Below are positions 6,974-15,430 of a stretch of DNA of 64,000 nucleotides, piece by piece. A program made the translations under genes and the position numbers. The notes under the pieces were generated by a model. It was not told the DNA's origin, ran no database searches, and saw nothing but the letters and a program-made list of their open reading frames with translations. This DNA is from a virus, in IMG/VR virus record IMGVR_UViG_3300045988_101454, positions 36,916-100,915 of that record; one strand, given 5' to 3'. Position 1 is the first letter of the stretch, and each line of letters starts with the position of its first letter.

Positions 6974-7579
6974 CTAATCTATTAATTCAAAATCATAAAC
7001 GAATACATAAGGGTTGCTCTCCCAAGTGCCTTTGCCAGAGATGCGGTCGATGAGGGATGCGTAGGCATCCTGCGGAGTGCGAAACCAGGAATTGGCAAGA
7101 CCGTGATACCAATAAGTCGTACCTTCAAGTCCTACGTCTCCAGCCATCCAGAGACCTTCCTTTAAGCAATCCTCGCTTTTTATGTCTTGCAAACGCTCAA
7201 TACGAATATTGGTTATACGGATATGATGGGGCATATCTTCGGCACGAACAAACATTTTGTTATTCCAACCTATTTCCTCTTTGCGAGCCATACAGTTTGC
7301 CCAATCTACTTGAGGCGTAATGTCGGCATACGATTGCGCAATAGCTACGATCTCGTTCTTTTGATAGCGCATCACACTGCGATTGTAGATGAATCGCTCT
7401 CTTAAATCAGGATTTAATAAAAATCGAAAGTAAATAGTAAAGAGCGCCCCCAACGTATCGAACTTCTTGATGACTTTAAGCATCTCCTGGTTGGTGATAA
7501 TTCGCCTTGTCTGCGTCTTTCGCTTTGCAAGCACGGCATCAGTCAGTCCGTACTTGTCGTTGAACATAATCTTTTGCAT
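6974..7579 (-). CDS. ASCH-domain-like protein
   Basis: N-terminus MQKIMFNDKYGLTDAVLAKRKTQTRR resembles the ASCH fold signature (K-x-Q-T-R-R); ends in TAG. Confidence 0.45.
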   Translation of the reverse strand: MQKIMFNDKYGLTDAVLAKRKTQTRRIITNQEMLKVIKKFDTLGALFTIYFRFLLNPDLRERFIYNRSVMRYQKNEIVAIAQSYADITPQVDWANCMARKEEIGWNNKMFVRAEDMPHHIRITNIRIERLQDIKSEDCLKEGLWMAGDVGLEGTTYWYHGLANSWFRTPQDAYASLIDRISGKGTWESNPYVFVYDFELID

Positions 7580-7600
7580 ACTCTATATTTTCGTTAATAA
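7580..7600 (-). promoter_or_regulatory. conserved 5' leader, copy 4 of 4
   Basis: TTATTAACGAAAATATAGAGT directly upstream of ATG 7579. Confidence 0.45.
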
Positions 7601-7627
7601 GCCATTGGATTTTTAGCTTTTCCCTTT

Positions 7628-8704
7628 TCACTTCGCGTTGCGAATCTTCTCCGTTTCCTCATTCTCCTTCGAGATTCGCTCCAGATGCTCCAATACAAGC
7701 GAATACGACTGATTGTTCACCTGGTCTTCGGTGAGCGAGGCGTATTTCTGCATAGTGGCGATGGTGGCGGTGTATATCTCAAGTGGGGTGGATGGTGGTT
7801 GCGTGCGGTCGATCTTCTGCACCTTGAACACATGAGGATAACGCCGTGAGAGGGTTTGCATCATGCCGGTCCACCAGAAGAGAATGGGTTGCCACTGGTG
7901 GTCGGGGAAGTGGCGGAAGAGTGGAGCTTGGGTGTCGAACTGACGCACGTCGTAATGGAAATCATGTACCTTCAGGTTGGTGTTGGTGTCGATGAAGTCG
8001 ATGCGACGGTTGAAGATTGTGGCAAGGAACATAGAGCGTGCCTGGTCTACGCTGTCGGCTTGCTGCGCTATCTGTTCGGCTGTGAACTTGCCCATCTTCT
8101 TCATCTTGACAAGGTTGTTGTCGAGCGAGGTGTTTTGTCCCATGAGATCATGGGCAAAGCGAAACTGCTGCCATGAGAAGCCGTCCATATCCTGCGCAGG
8201 ACCTTCAAACTCAATCTTGCGACGTAGCAGACCACGCTTGTTGCGAAGGCGAAGGGTGGGGTAGGGAAAGCGAGTGAGGTGAGCACCACGCTCGTTGTCG
8301 AGCCAGTCGAGCAGTCCGGCACCAGAGGCAAGATACTCAGCCGAGTTACGGTCGTCGGTCTTCGGCTTTGGCGTTAGCCAGTAGTTGAGTTGCCATAGGT
8401 AGACGGGGAAAGTTTCGTCCTTCTGCTGCTTGCGGCGGAAGAAACGGTTGCGACGGATTGTGGTGGAGAGTCGGCAAGTGTAGTGTTGCTCTTCGAGAGG
8501 TTTCGAATCGTCTATGCCTTCCACTATCTCTATGCCCGACAGGACAAAGAAGCACGCTATCTTGACATTGCGCATGTCGAAGCGGTGATAACGGTCGGCT
8601 CGCTGTATCTGTTCAAGCATTATGCGAGAGACGAGCTCCAACTGCTCTGTGCTGCACTCGTTCCATGAGCGGGGCAGCGTAAGGTTGATTTTCTGTTGTG
8701 ACAT
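7628..8704 (-). CDS. hypothetical protein (358 aa from first ATG)
   Basis: The track ORF starts at a TTG (8860). ATG at 8702-8704 (MSQQKINLTLPRSW) is the likelier start. Confidence 0.55.
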   Translation of the reverse strand: MSQQKINLTLPRSWNECSTEQLELVSRIMLEQIQRADRYHRFDMRNVKIACFFVLSGIEIVEGIDDSKPLEEQHYTCRLSTTIRRNRFFRRKQQKDETFPVYLWQLNYWLTPKPKTDDRNSAEYLASGAGLLDWLDNERGAHLTRFPYPTLRLRNKRGLLRRKIEFEGPAQDMDGFSWQQFRFAHDLMGQNTSLDNNLVKMKKMGKFTAEQIAQQADSVDQARSMFLATIFNRRIDFIDTNTNLKVHDFHYDVRQFDTQAPLFRHFPDHQWQPILFWWTGMMQTLSRRYPHVFKVQKIDRTQPPSTPLEIYTATIATMQKYASLTEDQVNNQSYSLVLEHLERISKENEETEKIRNAK

Positions 8705-8863
8705 AATTTTCGGGTTTCTTTCATGAGCAAAGATAGACGTTTTTAATTTGCCGGAGCGGACATGGTAGGGGAGCGTATAAGGCGAAGATACAAATGAAGC
8801 CACTCTGCGATTTGTGTAATTGGCGCAAAGTGGCTTGAAAAAAACAAATGTAAAATTCAAAAT

Positions 8864-9367
8864 TTAGAGGGTGGCGTGTAGGGCATTATAGTCCCATACC
8901 TTAGTGCAGTCGTCTTCGCATGGCTGCCAGTCGTCATCGCAGAAGTAGAAGGCATAGGCTGCCTTGATTATCTCCTCTTCGTTCATCCAAGCGCAAAGGT
9001 CGGCATACATAGAATTGAAAGCGACGTATTTGTCCCATGCGTTGACGTTGGCGTGAAACTTCATGCCCTTAGTCAGCTCGTCTACCTTGATACGAGTCCA
9101 ATGTGCGCCGCCGTCGGTTGGCATACCCTCTTCATCGTACATGCCGCTATAGACAAGAGCATTCACATCGTGGTTGGCCATCTTCTCAGAATAGTGCCGT
9201 CCGTAGAGAACGGCGTGCTGACGGCGCAGGATGTGCCAATAGAGCTTAGGATCGGTCTGCTCCAGCGCAAGAAGGTCGGTAGAGAGAGTTTCTACTGCTG
9301 CCCACATCTTCTTCTCGGTAGCCATACCATTGGCACGAGCCTGTTCAATCATCTGTTTGTAATTCAT
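8864..9367 (-). CDS. hypothetical protein (167 aa)
   Basis: ORF track. Confidence 0.55.
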   Translation of the reverse strand: MNYKQMIEQARANGMATEKKMWAAVETLSTDLLALEQTDPKLYWHILRRQHAVLYGRHYSEKMANHDVNALVYSGMYDEEGMPTDGGAHWTRIKVDELTKGMKFHANVNAWDKYVAFNSMYADLCAWMNEEEIIKAAYAFYFCDDDWQPCEDDCTKVWDYNALHATL

Positions 9368-9499
9368 TTTATTTATACTTTATATGTTTAACATGTAGGG
9401 CAAATGCCCCGAAAATGTGGGACAATCAGGCTTTTTTGCACAGAGACATGCAATATAGGAAAGAATGTCTGCGCCTCGGGCTTGCTTTCTGCCTTTGCC

Positions 9500-9799
9500 T
9501 CAGTGGTCGAGGCGGTCGGTGGTGTGTCTTTCTTTTTCATATAGCTTTGTGAATTTACGTTGAAGGATAAGCAACAACAACACAAACCAGTTTGACAGAT
9601 ACGCCACCACAATAGCCGCCAGTGCCGATGCGTAGACATCGTGGCCGAGGTAGAGCAATGCCGACATTGTAACCCAAAAAGTGAAACACTGAGGGCATGA
9701 TGCCACCTTGTCAACAACATGGGCAATGGCTTCGGCCAGTCCGAGGTGTTGGGCGAGCGTGGCGGCTATCATGGTGGCTATAGCTATCAGAACTATCAT
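9500..9799 (-). CDS. small membrane protein (about 3 TM segments)
   Basis: MIVLIAIATMIAATLAQ.., ..FTFWVTMSALLYLG.., ..ALAAIVVAYLSNWFVLLLLIL hydrophobic stretches. Confidence 0.5.
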   Translation of the reverse strand: MIVLIAIATMIAATLAQHLGLAEAIAHVVDKVASCPQCFTFWVTMSALLYLGHDVYASALAAIVVAYLSNWFVLLLLILQRKFTKLYEKERHTTDRLDH

Positions 9800-9803
9800 G
9801 GCT

Positions 9804-10232
9804 TTATGTAGTTACAAGGGTGAGCGTTACGGGGCAGTCGGAAACGAAAGTCTTGGAACAGCTGCAACACGACATGCGTGCTATGCCGTTCTGGACGGTT
9901 CCCACTGCTATTGTTGCCGAATTGATGGCGGTGGCGCTGAACACAGGAATGGTGAAGTCTTGCGACACCACTTGTGAGCGTGTGCAGCACGAGCCGCAGT
10001 TGCAAGGGATGTAGTTTATTACGCCCTCGACATGAATGACGATGATATACTGTGAGGTGCCTACGTTGGCAATGCTCTTGACGGAGAACTTCGGAGCGAA
10101 CACGGGTGTCTCGTCTACACAAGCCGGTGTGCAGAGCTGCTGTGTGATGTTGACATCATAATAGGGTGCGGCGGCGGTTGCACCTGCCGCAAGTGTGGCT
10201 ATGATGATAGCCGGAATGGTACGTTTGTTCAT
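9804..10232 (-). CDS. secreted Cys-rich protein
   Basis: Signal-peptide-like MNKRTIPAIIIATLAAGATAAAP; CNCGSCC and MSCCSCS clusters. Confidence 0.5.
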   Translation of the reverse strand: MNKRTIPAIIIATLAAGATAAAPYYDVNITQQLCTPACVDETPVFAPKFSVKSIANVGTSQYIIVIHVEGVINYIPCNCGSCCTRSQVVSQDFTIPVFSATAINSATIAVGTVQNGIARMSCCSCSKTFVSDCPVTLTLVTT

Positions 10233-10290
10233 AATCGTTTCTGTTTTATTATAGCGACGATGCTTGCCGCCGCTGGTGTTGTTACTCTGT

Positions 10291-10713
10291 TTAATGTTTT
10301 ACATGATAGCCTTGCGTCTGCTCTACCGGAAGGTTCTTGTCAAGAAGATCGGCAAGCTCGTTGAGGTCTTCTTCTTCAAACGTCACCATACCTTCGAGCA
10401 CAGACAGCGGTCCGTTACCGCGCATCTTCTCCACTATGTCGTGTGCCATCTGCGGTATACTCTCTTCGGGTATCTGACCGAAATATCGCGCAAGCATAGG
10501 TGCGACGAGCGAGTTGACGATGGGTTGGATAAGCGGCTCAATGTCTTTCTGTAGGGCATAGTTGCCACTGACAATGCCTAACGAGCTGATGGTGGCTTGC
10601 AGAGACTGAAGCATGGGTAGGCGCATGAGGTTGCCTGCGGCTATCTGCGAAATGGCGGGTCGTGCCCATTCGGACACGACTGCCGCCAAGATTTGTGAAT
10701 TTTTGTATTCCAT
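10291..10713 (-). CDS. hypothetical protein (140 aa)
   Basis: ORF track. Confidence 0.5.
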   Translation of the reverse strand: MEYKNSQILAAVVSEWARPAISQIAAGNLMRLPMLQSLQATISSLGIVSGNYALQKDIEPLIQPIVNSLVAPMLARYFGQIPEESIPQMAHDIVEKMRGNGPLSVLEGMVTFEEEDLNELADLLDKNLPVEQTQGYHVKH

Positions 10714-10739
10714 ATATATAACAGGATTACATCATTCTC

Positions 10740-11276
10740 CTACTGATTGCATCCGCAACCGCAACCGGTCTGGCATACGTTGGTTGAAGGGATGAACAAC
10801 TTGGTTACGCTCGACAACGATGCCACCTGCGACTTGAGCACGTCGATGCTGGCGTTAGCTGCCGCATTGTAAGCCATCTGCTGTGCGTTGACGGCTTGCT
10901 GCGCATCCTTGTTTGCATCCACTTTGTCTTCTACACGGCGCAACTTCGTGTCGAGATACTGTGTCACTTCAATAAGCTTCTTGTCGGTGTAGTTCTCGCT
11001 CTTCTGAATGGCGAGTTCGGTCTTCAGAGTGCTGTTCTCCTGGATAAGGTTAGTCTCACTCTTAGTTACGAAACGCGCGTCAGGGTCGGACGGATTGGCG
11101 GTCATACCGTTGTTTTTTCCCATTCCCATGAGCGACACGCCACCTCCAAGCAAGCTGGTGGCCAATCCTGCGATGCCGAGACCCAAGGCTGTGTTGCCAA
11201 GGCCTTTGCTGGCAACATCATAGTTGCCGTCGTTAGTTTTAATCTGCATAGTTTTTTTGTGTTTGGTTTCGTTCAT
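10740..11276 (-). CDS. membrane/coiled-coil protein with C-terminal CQTGCGCGCNQ
   Basis: Gly-rich TM segment LGLGIAGLATSLLGGGVSLMGMG, a long coiled coil and a Cys-Gly tail; ends in TAG. Confidence 0.5.
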   Translation of the reverse strand: MNETKHKKTMQIKTNDGNYDVASKGLGNTALGLGIAGLATSLLGGGVSLMGMGKNNGMTANPSDPDARFVTKSETNLIQENSTLKTELAIQKSENYTDKKLIEVTQYLDTKLRRVEDKVDANKDAQQAVNAQQMAYNAAANASIDVLKSQVASLSSVTKLFIPSTNVCQTGCGCGCNQ

Positions 11277-11381
11277 TATTGAACTTATTGCAAAGGTATG
11301 GGAGAAAGTGGTGGGAGCGAAGTGTTTCTTATTAAGTGTTCTTGAGGTGATATAACGTATAATTTCGACTAATACTTAAAT

Positions 11382-11410
11382 AAAAAAGCCTCACGCTGCT
11401 AACGTGAGGC
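11382..11410 (-). terminator. rho-independent terminator after the LysR gene
   Basis: 8-bp stem GCCTCACG/CGTGAGGC with a 7-nt loop, followed on the minus strand by T6. Confidence 0.65.
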
Positions 11411-11440
11411 TCGGTTCGGTATAAGAAAATCTAATGACTA

Positions 11441-12367
11441 TCAAGGTGGCGGTGTGAACTTCCCTTGCGACTCTTCGGCTACGGAAATGTATGGCACCAC
11501 TTCGTCGCGAATGATGTCGAGGAAGATTTGTGCGGCTCGCTTCTTTGGTACGTCCTGCATACAGTGGGCGTTGCTCATCAACTGCTGTTCGAGTCCGACG
11601 ATGGGACGCGCTACAAGGGTAGGGTGGTTGCGCAGGTAGAGCTTAGGCATGAAGGTTATATACTTGGTTTCTTCCACCGAAGCAAGAGCTTCGTCAGGGT
11701 CGCTGATGATGCACTTGATGTTGAGCTTATATAGGTCGCGCTGTATGTATTGCTGAAAAGTCTCAATGGCACGCTCGCCTACGTCGGGCATGATGATGGG
11801 GTGCTTCAGAATGTCCTCATACGACACCTTTGAGAGCGAGGCAAGCGGATGGGTGTCGCGCATGATAGCATACACATTAAAAGGTATGCAGGGTCTCGAC
11901 TCTATTCCTTCGTGGCGGTATGCCATATTCATAGTGAAAGCGAGGTCTAACATGTGCGCCCTTAGCGATTGATTAAGAAGGTATGCTTTGGTGAAGTCGG
12001 CATTGATACGCACGTTGGGGTATCTCTCTATGAATATCAATGCTGCCATACGGACGTACGGAGCAATAAACGAACCTACGCCTATACGCAATTCGCCGGT
12101 CATGCAGTTGTTGAGGGCGTTGATTTGCTCCTTACAGTCCTCGGTCTGCTTCAGTATTTCTTTGGCGCGAGGCAACAGGGCTTCGCCACTTTCGGTGAGC
12201 ATAATGCCGTGTGATGTGCGGATAAGCAGTTTGCAGCCCAACTCGTCCTCCAGGGCACGAATGTGCTGGCTTACCGCCGACTGGGTGACGCAACAACGTG
12301 TGGCAGCCGTACTAAACGACTTTGTTTCGGCGACATAAACAAAGGAGCGTAAATGTCTTAGTTCCAT
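11441..12367 (-). CDS. LysR-family transcriptional regulator
   Basis: MELRHLRSFVYVAETKSFSTAATRCCVTQSAVSQHIRALEDELGCKLLIR is a canonical LysR HTH; 308 aa with a substrate-binding-type C-terminal domain. Confidence 0.9.
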   Translation of the reverse strand: MELRHLRSFVYVAETKSFSTAATRCCVTQSAVSQHIRALEDELGCKLLIRTSHGIMLTESGEALLPRAKEILKQTEDCKEQINALNNCMTGELRIGVGSFIAPYVRMAALIFIERYPNVRINADFTKAYLLNQSLRAHMLDLAFTMNMAYRHEGIESRPCIPFNVYAIMRDTHPLASLSKVSYEDILKHPIIMPDVGERAIETFQQYIQRDLYKLNIKCIISDPDEALASVEETKYITFMPKLYLRNHPTLVARPIVGLEQQLMSNAHCMQDVPKKRAAQIFLDIIRDEVVPYISVAEESQGKFTPPP

Positions 12368-12523
12368 AAACTCTATATTTTTAGTTATTCTACGTTTACA
12401 ACAATGTAATTAAAAAGGCTTTTCTAATTACAAAATTAACAACAATTATTCCATTTAGTTTGCATTTGATATTAAAAACACTAATTTTAGTATTATTTTG
12501 TCAGAATACTAATATGTATATAA

Positions 12524-12575
12524 TAAAAAATCCCTGCATCTATACCTTTTATATATAAAGGATAGATGCAGGGAT
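12524..12575 (-). terminator. rho-independent terminator after the capsid-module genes
   Basis: 14-bp stem ATCCCTGCATCTAT/ATAGATGCAGGGAT, followed on the minus strand by a T run. Confidence 0.65.
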
Positions 12576-12734
12576 TTGTCGTATGACAAAAAAATCTTTC
12601 TCGTATGAGCGATTATTTCTTGATCTTCTTTGCCGTTGTTCCTTCATCTTCGTCACTTGTGCTGAAGAAAGAAGAATCGGCATCGTCGAGCACTTCTTTT
12701 GCGATATTGTCCTCGCTCTGTGCGTCAATATCGC

Positions 12735-13298
12735 TTACTCTTTTTTTGAAGCGAGAAGCGAGTCCCAACCGCCAGTTTCAGGCTCTGCAATCTCATAGCG
12801 TCCGTATGCTGTGGGCTGGAGAGTTCCGCTACAAACAACGCTACGTTCATCGTCAGATTTTTTGCCCGTGTCGCCCTTAATGCCACCGGAAGCGTACTCT
12901 ACCTTATGCTGAGAATCGTACACGATGATGCTCTTTTCACCATCCTGGAAGATGTAGCCAAGGTCGAGGTTGTTCAGAGCACGCGCCACTTCTGCCGACT
13001 CTGCATTTACGCTTTCGAGTACATAGTCAATCTGCTGTTTATAACCGCCTCTTCTACCAAGTGACTCAAAAGAGTGTCCCTGGCTACTCTCCTTACACTC
13101 GAATTTGTAAAGACCCTTACCAGTGTTGAACGACTCAGAGGTCAATGCAGGGTAGATGTTCTTTTCGGCCTTCAAGGGAGCTTTAAGGTCAGCCTTATTG
13201 AAGACGTAGACATTGACACCAAGACCGCCAAAATTCTCTAAGCATTCATTAGCTGCGAGGACGTCCTTAATCTCAGGACATATTGCTGTTACTGCCAT
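12735..13298 (-). CDS. virion-associated protein of unknown role (187 aa)
   Basis: Directly downstream of the capsid candidate and shares the CA-rich leader; no motif recognised. Confidence 0.4.
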   Translation of the reverse strand: MAVTAICPEIKDVLAANECLENFGGLGVNVYVFNKADLKAPLKAEKNIYPALTSESFNTGKGLYKFECKESSQGHSFESLGRRGGYKQQIDYVLESVNAESAEVARALNNLDLGYIFQDGEKSIIVYDSQHKVEYASGGIKGDTGKKSDDERSVVCSGTLQPTAYGRYEIAEPETGGWDSLLASKKE

Positions 13299-13416
13299 AT
13301 TCTTATTAGTTTTTGTGTTGTTGTTTGGAAAAGAAGGGCGACGGGTTAGCGTGTTCCGTTAGGTCAGCCACGACCGTCGCCCAGAAAATATAGAGTGAAA
13401 GAAACTCCGTTAAGGA

Positions 13417-14706
13417 TTAGCCGTTCTTCTTGAAGAAGGCTGTCAAGCCCATGTTCATACCGGAAGCGGTAAGCTGGATTGTCTTATCGGTCTTGCCGTT
13501 GCTCCATGACACGAACTTGTAAGTTGTGCTGTCTTCAGCTACGAGAGAGATAATCTGGTTGGGAGTCGTCTCAATCGGAGTCTTGTATTCTACGCCGTCC
13601 ACCTTAACCTTTGCGTCAATATTGCCTGTGTCTGAGTCAGAATGAGCAAGAGTAACAACGAGGTTAGAGTTGGTGTAGTCGCCCGACTGGAAGTCTGTGC
13701 TCTGAAGGGGACCGTCTGTGACGGCAAACGAATGAGACAGGGTTGACGCTACCATTGCTCCCTGAATTGACTGACACTGGAAAACAATGTCTCTCAAATC
13801 GTTGTCAGAGCCAAGATGCACTTCAACGAAAGTCTGGTTGCTCTCGGTGTCAACAGCATAAATAAGGTTGCCCTCTACTGAGAAGATGATGCGGTCGCCA
13901 ACACCCATGCCTTCAACAGGCGCGATGGTGAGCTTTGGCAGCTCGGGGATGATGTAGTTGCCACCATCCACAACGTCGAGCTTGTGTGTGCCGTATGACT
14001 GAAGAGCATAACCGTCAGCAATGTTGATGGCTGTCTCGGGAGTCATATAGGCGTAAACCTTCTGACGACGCAGACGTGGATCAAGGCTCATATAAGCATC
14101 ACGGAAGTTCTTGTAAGCCGATGAGTCGGTAGCGTCGGCAGGAGCCGAGATTGCCTCACAGTGAATGAGGTTGTGGTTAGCCTCGCTGATGACGCCGTCC
14201 TCGATGTCGTGCTTGATGCAAGTGATGAAACCGTCGTAAAGGCCCATTGCCTTCTTCTCCTCCGATGCACCTGGCACGTCGTTGTCGATGTCACCCCACC
14301 AGAGGTTGTTATAAAGGTCGTCGGCGTGAGTCTTGATTACTGCTTCCACTGCCACCGTAGAGAGAGGATAGGCACCCTGCGCGTCTACGCCGAATACCGT
14401 CTCACAGTAGTGGTCGATATTGTCAGTGCCCTTAAACCAGGCGAGTTTAGCTGTCAAAACACGCTCCTTGAGGAATCCGATTGTGCCGTTCATGGTCGGG
14501 TTCATGTCCTTACGGCGAGTAGTGCCACCCTTGCGGACGAACACGTTCATTGTGCGCTTGTACTGGACTCCGCTAATAGTCTTGATGCCGAGTCGCTTCA
14601 TCTCCTCGGGATTAGCAAAAGCAGGACCCTGTACTACACTTGCGAATACTTGATTAGCCACTTCCTGAAGTGCGCTGATACCAATAAAGTCTTTAGGTGT
14701 TGCCAT
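13417..14706 (-). CDS. major capsid protein candidate
   Basis: 429-aa ORF immediately downstream of the protease-scaffold gene, with a strong CA-rich leader. Assigned by synteny only. Confidence 0.55.
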   Translation of the reverse strand: MATPKDFIGISALQEVANQVFASVVQGPAFANPEEMKRLGIKTISGVQYKRTMNVFVRKGGTTRRKDMNPTMNGTIGFLKERVLTAKLAWFKGTDNIDHYCETVFGVDAQGAYPLSTVAVEAVIKTHADDLYNNLWWGDIDNDVPGASEEKKAMGLYDGFITCIKHDIEDGVISEANHNLIHCEAISAPADATDSSAYKNFRDAYMSLDPRLRRQKVYAYMTPETAINIADGYALQSYGTHKLDVVDGGNYIIPELPKLTIAPVEGMGVGDRIIFSVEGNLIYAVDTESNQTFVEVHLGSDNDLRDIVFQCQSIQGAMVASTLSHSFAVTDGPLQSTDFQSGDYTNSNLVVTLAHSDSDTGNIDAKVKVDGVEYKTPIETTPNQIISLVAEDSTTYKFVSWSNGKTDKTIQLTASGMNMGLTAFFKKNG

Positions 14707-14764
14707 AGTCTTGTTTAATTTTTGTGTTGGTTGTGTTTTGTAATTGTCTTGTGTTGTTGTGTTG

Positions 14765-15430
14765 TTAGAGGATGCCGTTCTTACGCTTGTATTCCTCGAT
14801 GGCTTTCTTAGAGCCTACGGGGTCGGCTTGGTTCCATTTGGGATAGCCGGTCTGAACATGTTGGATGTTAGCTCCCTCGCCATTGTTCTCAGGAGCCTCG
14901 CCAGCGTTCTGCTCAGTGCCAGCATCGTGGGTCAGCTCGTCAATCTGAGCCTGCTTGTCGGCAATGGTCTGCTCGGCTGTAGCAAGTGCGTCCTTAGCAG
15001 TCTGAAGGTTTGCCTCGGCATCAGTCTTGTCGACTGTGAGCTGGGCAATCTCCTTTTTCTTTGCCTCGGCGAGAGCATTCAACTCGTCGCCCTTTTTAGC
15101 AATGGCATCGGCGTGCCGTGCGTTAAGGTCGCTCAGTTCTTTACTGTGAGCCACCTTGGCTTGGGCGAGTGCGGTCTCCGCGACTTTCTTAGCTTCGTTG
15201 GCTGCGTTTACTTGAGCGGAGAGGTCATCAAACTTGCCCTGCAATTTTGCGAGAGCGTTCTCCGCTGTGGTGGCTTTCTGCTCGGCATCAGTCACCTTCT
15301 GCTCGGCCTCCTTCATGTGGGCTTCGAGAGAGTCAAGAAGAGAGGCGTTCATATACGCGCCCTCTTCCGTAACGGCAATCTCGCCAGCCTGCAGTCCGCA
15401 AGCAGAGCAAATCAATGGGTAATTCTCCAT
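14765..15430 (-). CDS. possible nested in-frame scaffold protein (221 aa)
   Basis: Internal in-frame ATG at 15428-15430, preceded by ACCAACACAAACACAAATATAAAC, the CA-rich leader used by the other structural genes. Confidence 0.35.
   Translation of the reverse strand: MENYPLICSACGLQAGEIAVTEEGAYMNASLLDSLEAHMKEAEQKVTDAEQKATTAENALAKLQGKFDDLSAQVNAANEAKKVAETALAQAKVAHSKELSDLNARHADAIAKKGDELNALAEAKKKEIAQLTVDKTDAEANLQTAKDALATAEQTIADKQAQIDELTHDAGTEQNAGEAPENNGEGANIQHVQTGYPKWNQADPVGSKKAIEEYKRKNGIL

Noticed and set aside
8705-8860. TTG-initiated N-terminal extension of the 7628 gene. Similar extensions occur at 20820-20909, 4154-4234 and 60822-60851
   Set aside because: The extensions start at TTG or other non-ATG codons and read as hydrophobic or irregular sequence. 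A clean ATG follows, with a plausible N-terminus and upstream spacing.
9388-10122. Overlapping ORFs 9388-9726 and 9796-10122 on the minus strand
   Set aside because: These are alternative frames of the 9500-9799 and 9804-10232 genes, which have clear TM or signal-peptide features. The alternatives are Arg/Cys/His-rich and irregular.
10640-10742. Treating TAG 10740-10742 as a sense codon under global TAG reassignment
   Set aside because: Read-through would run out of frame across most of the next gene before reaching a stop. This argues that TAG is a genuine terminator at least for this gene, so any recoding must be partial or conditional.
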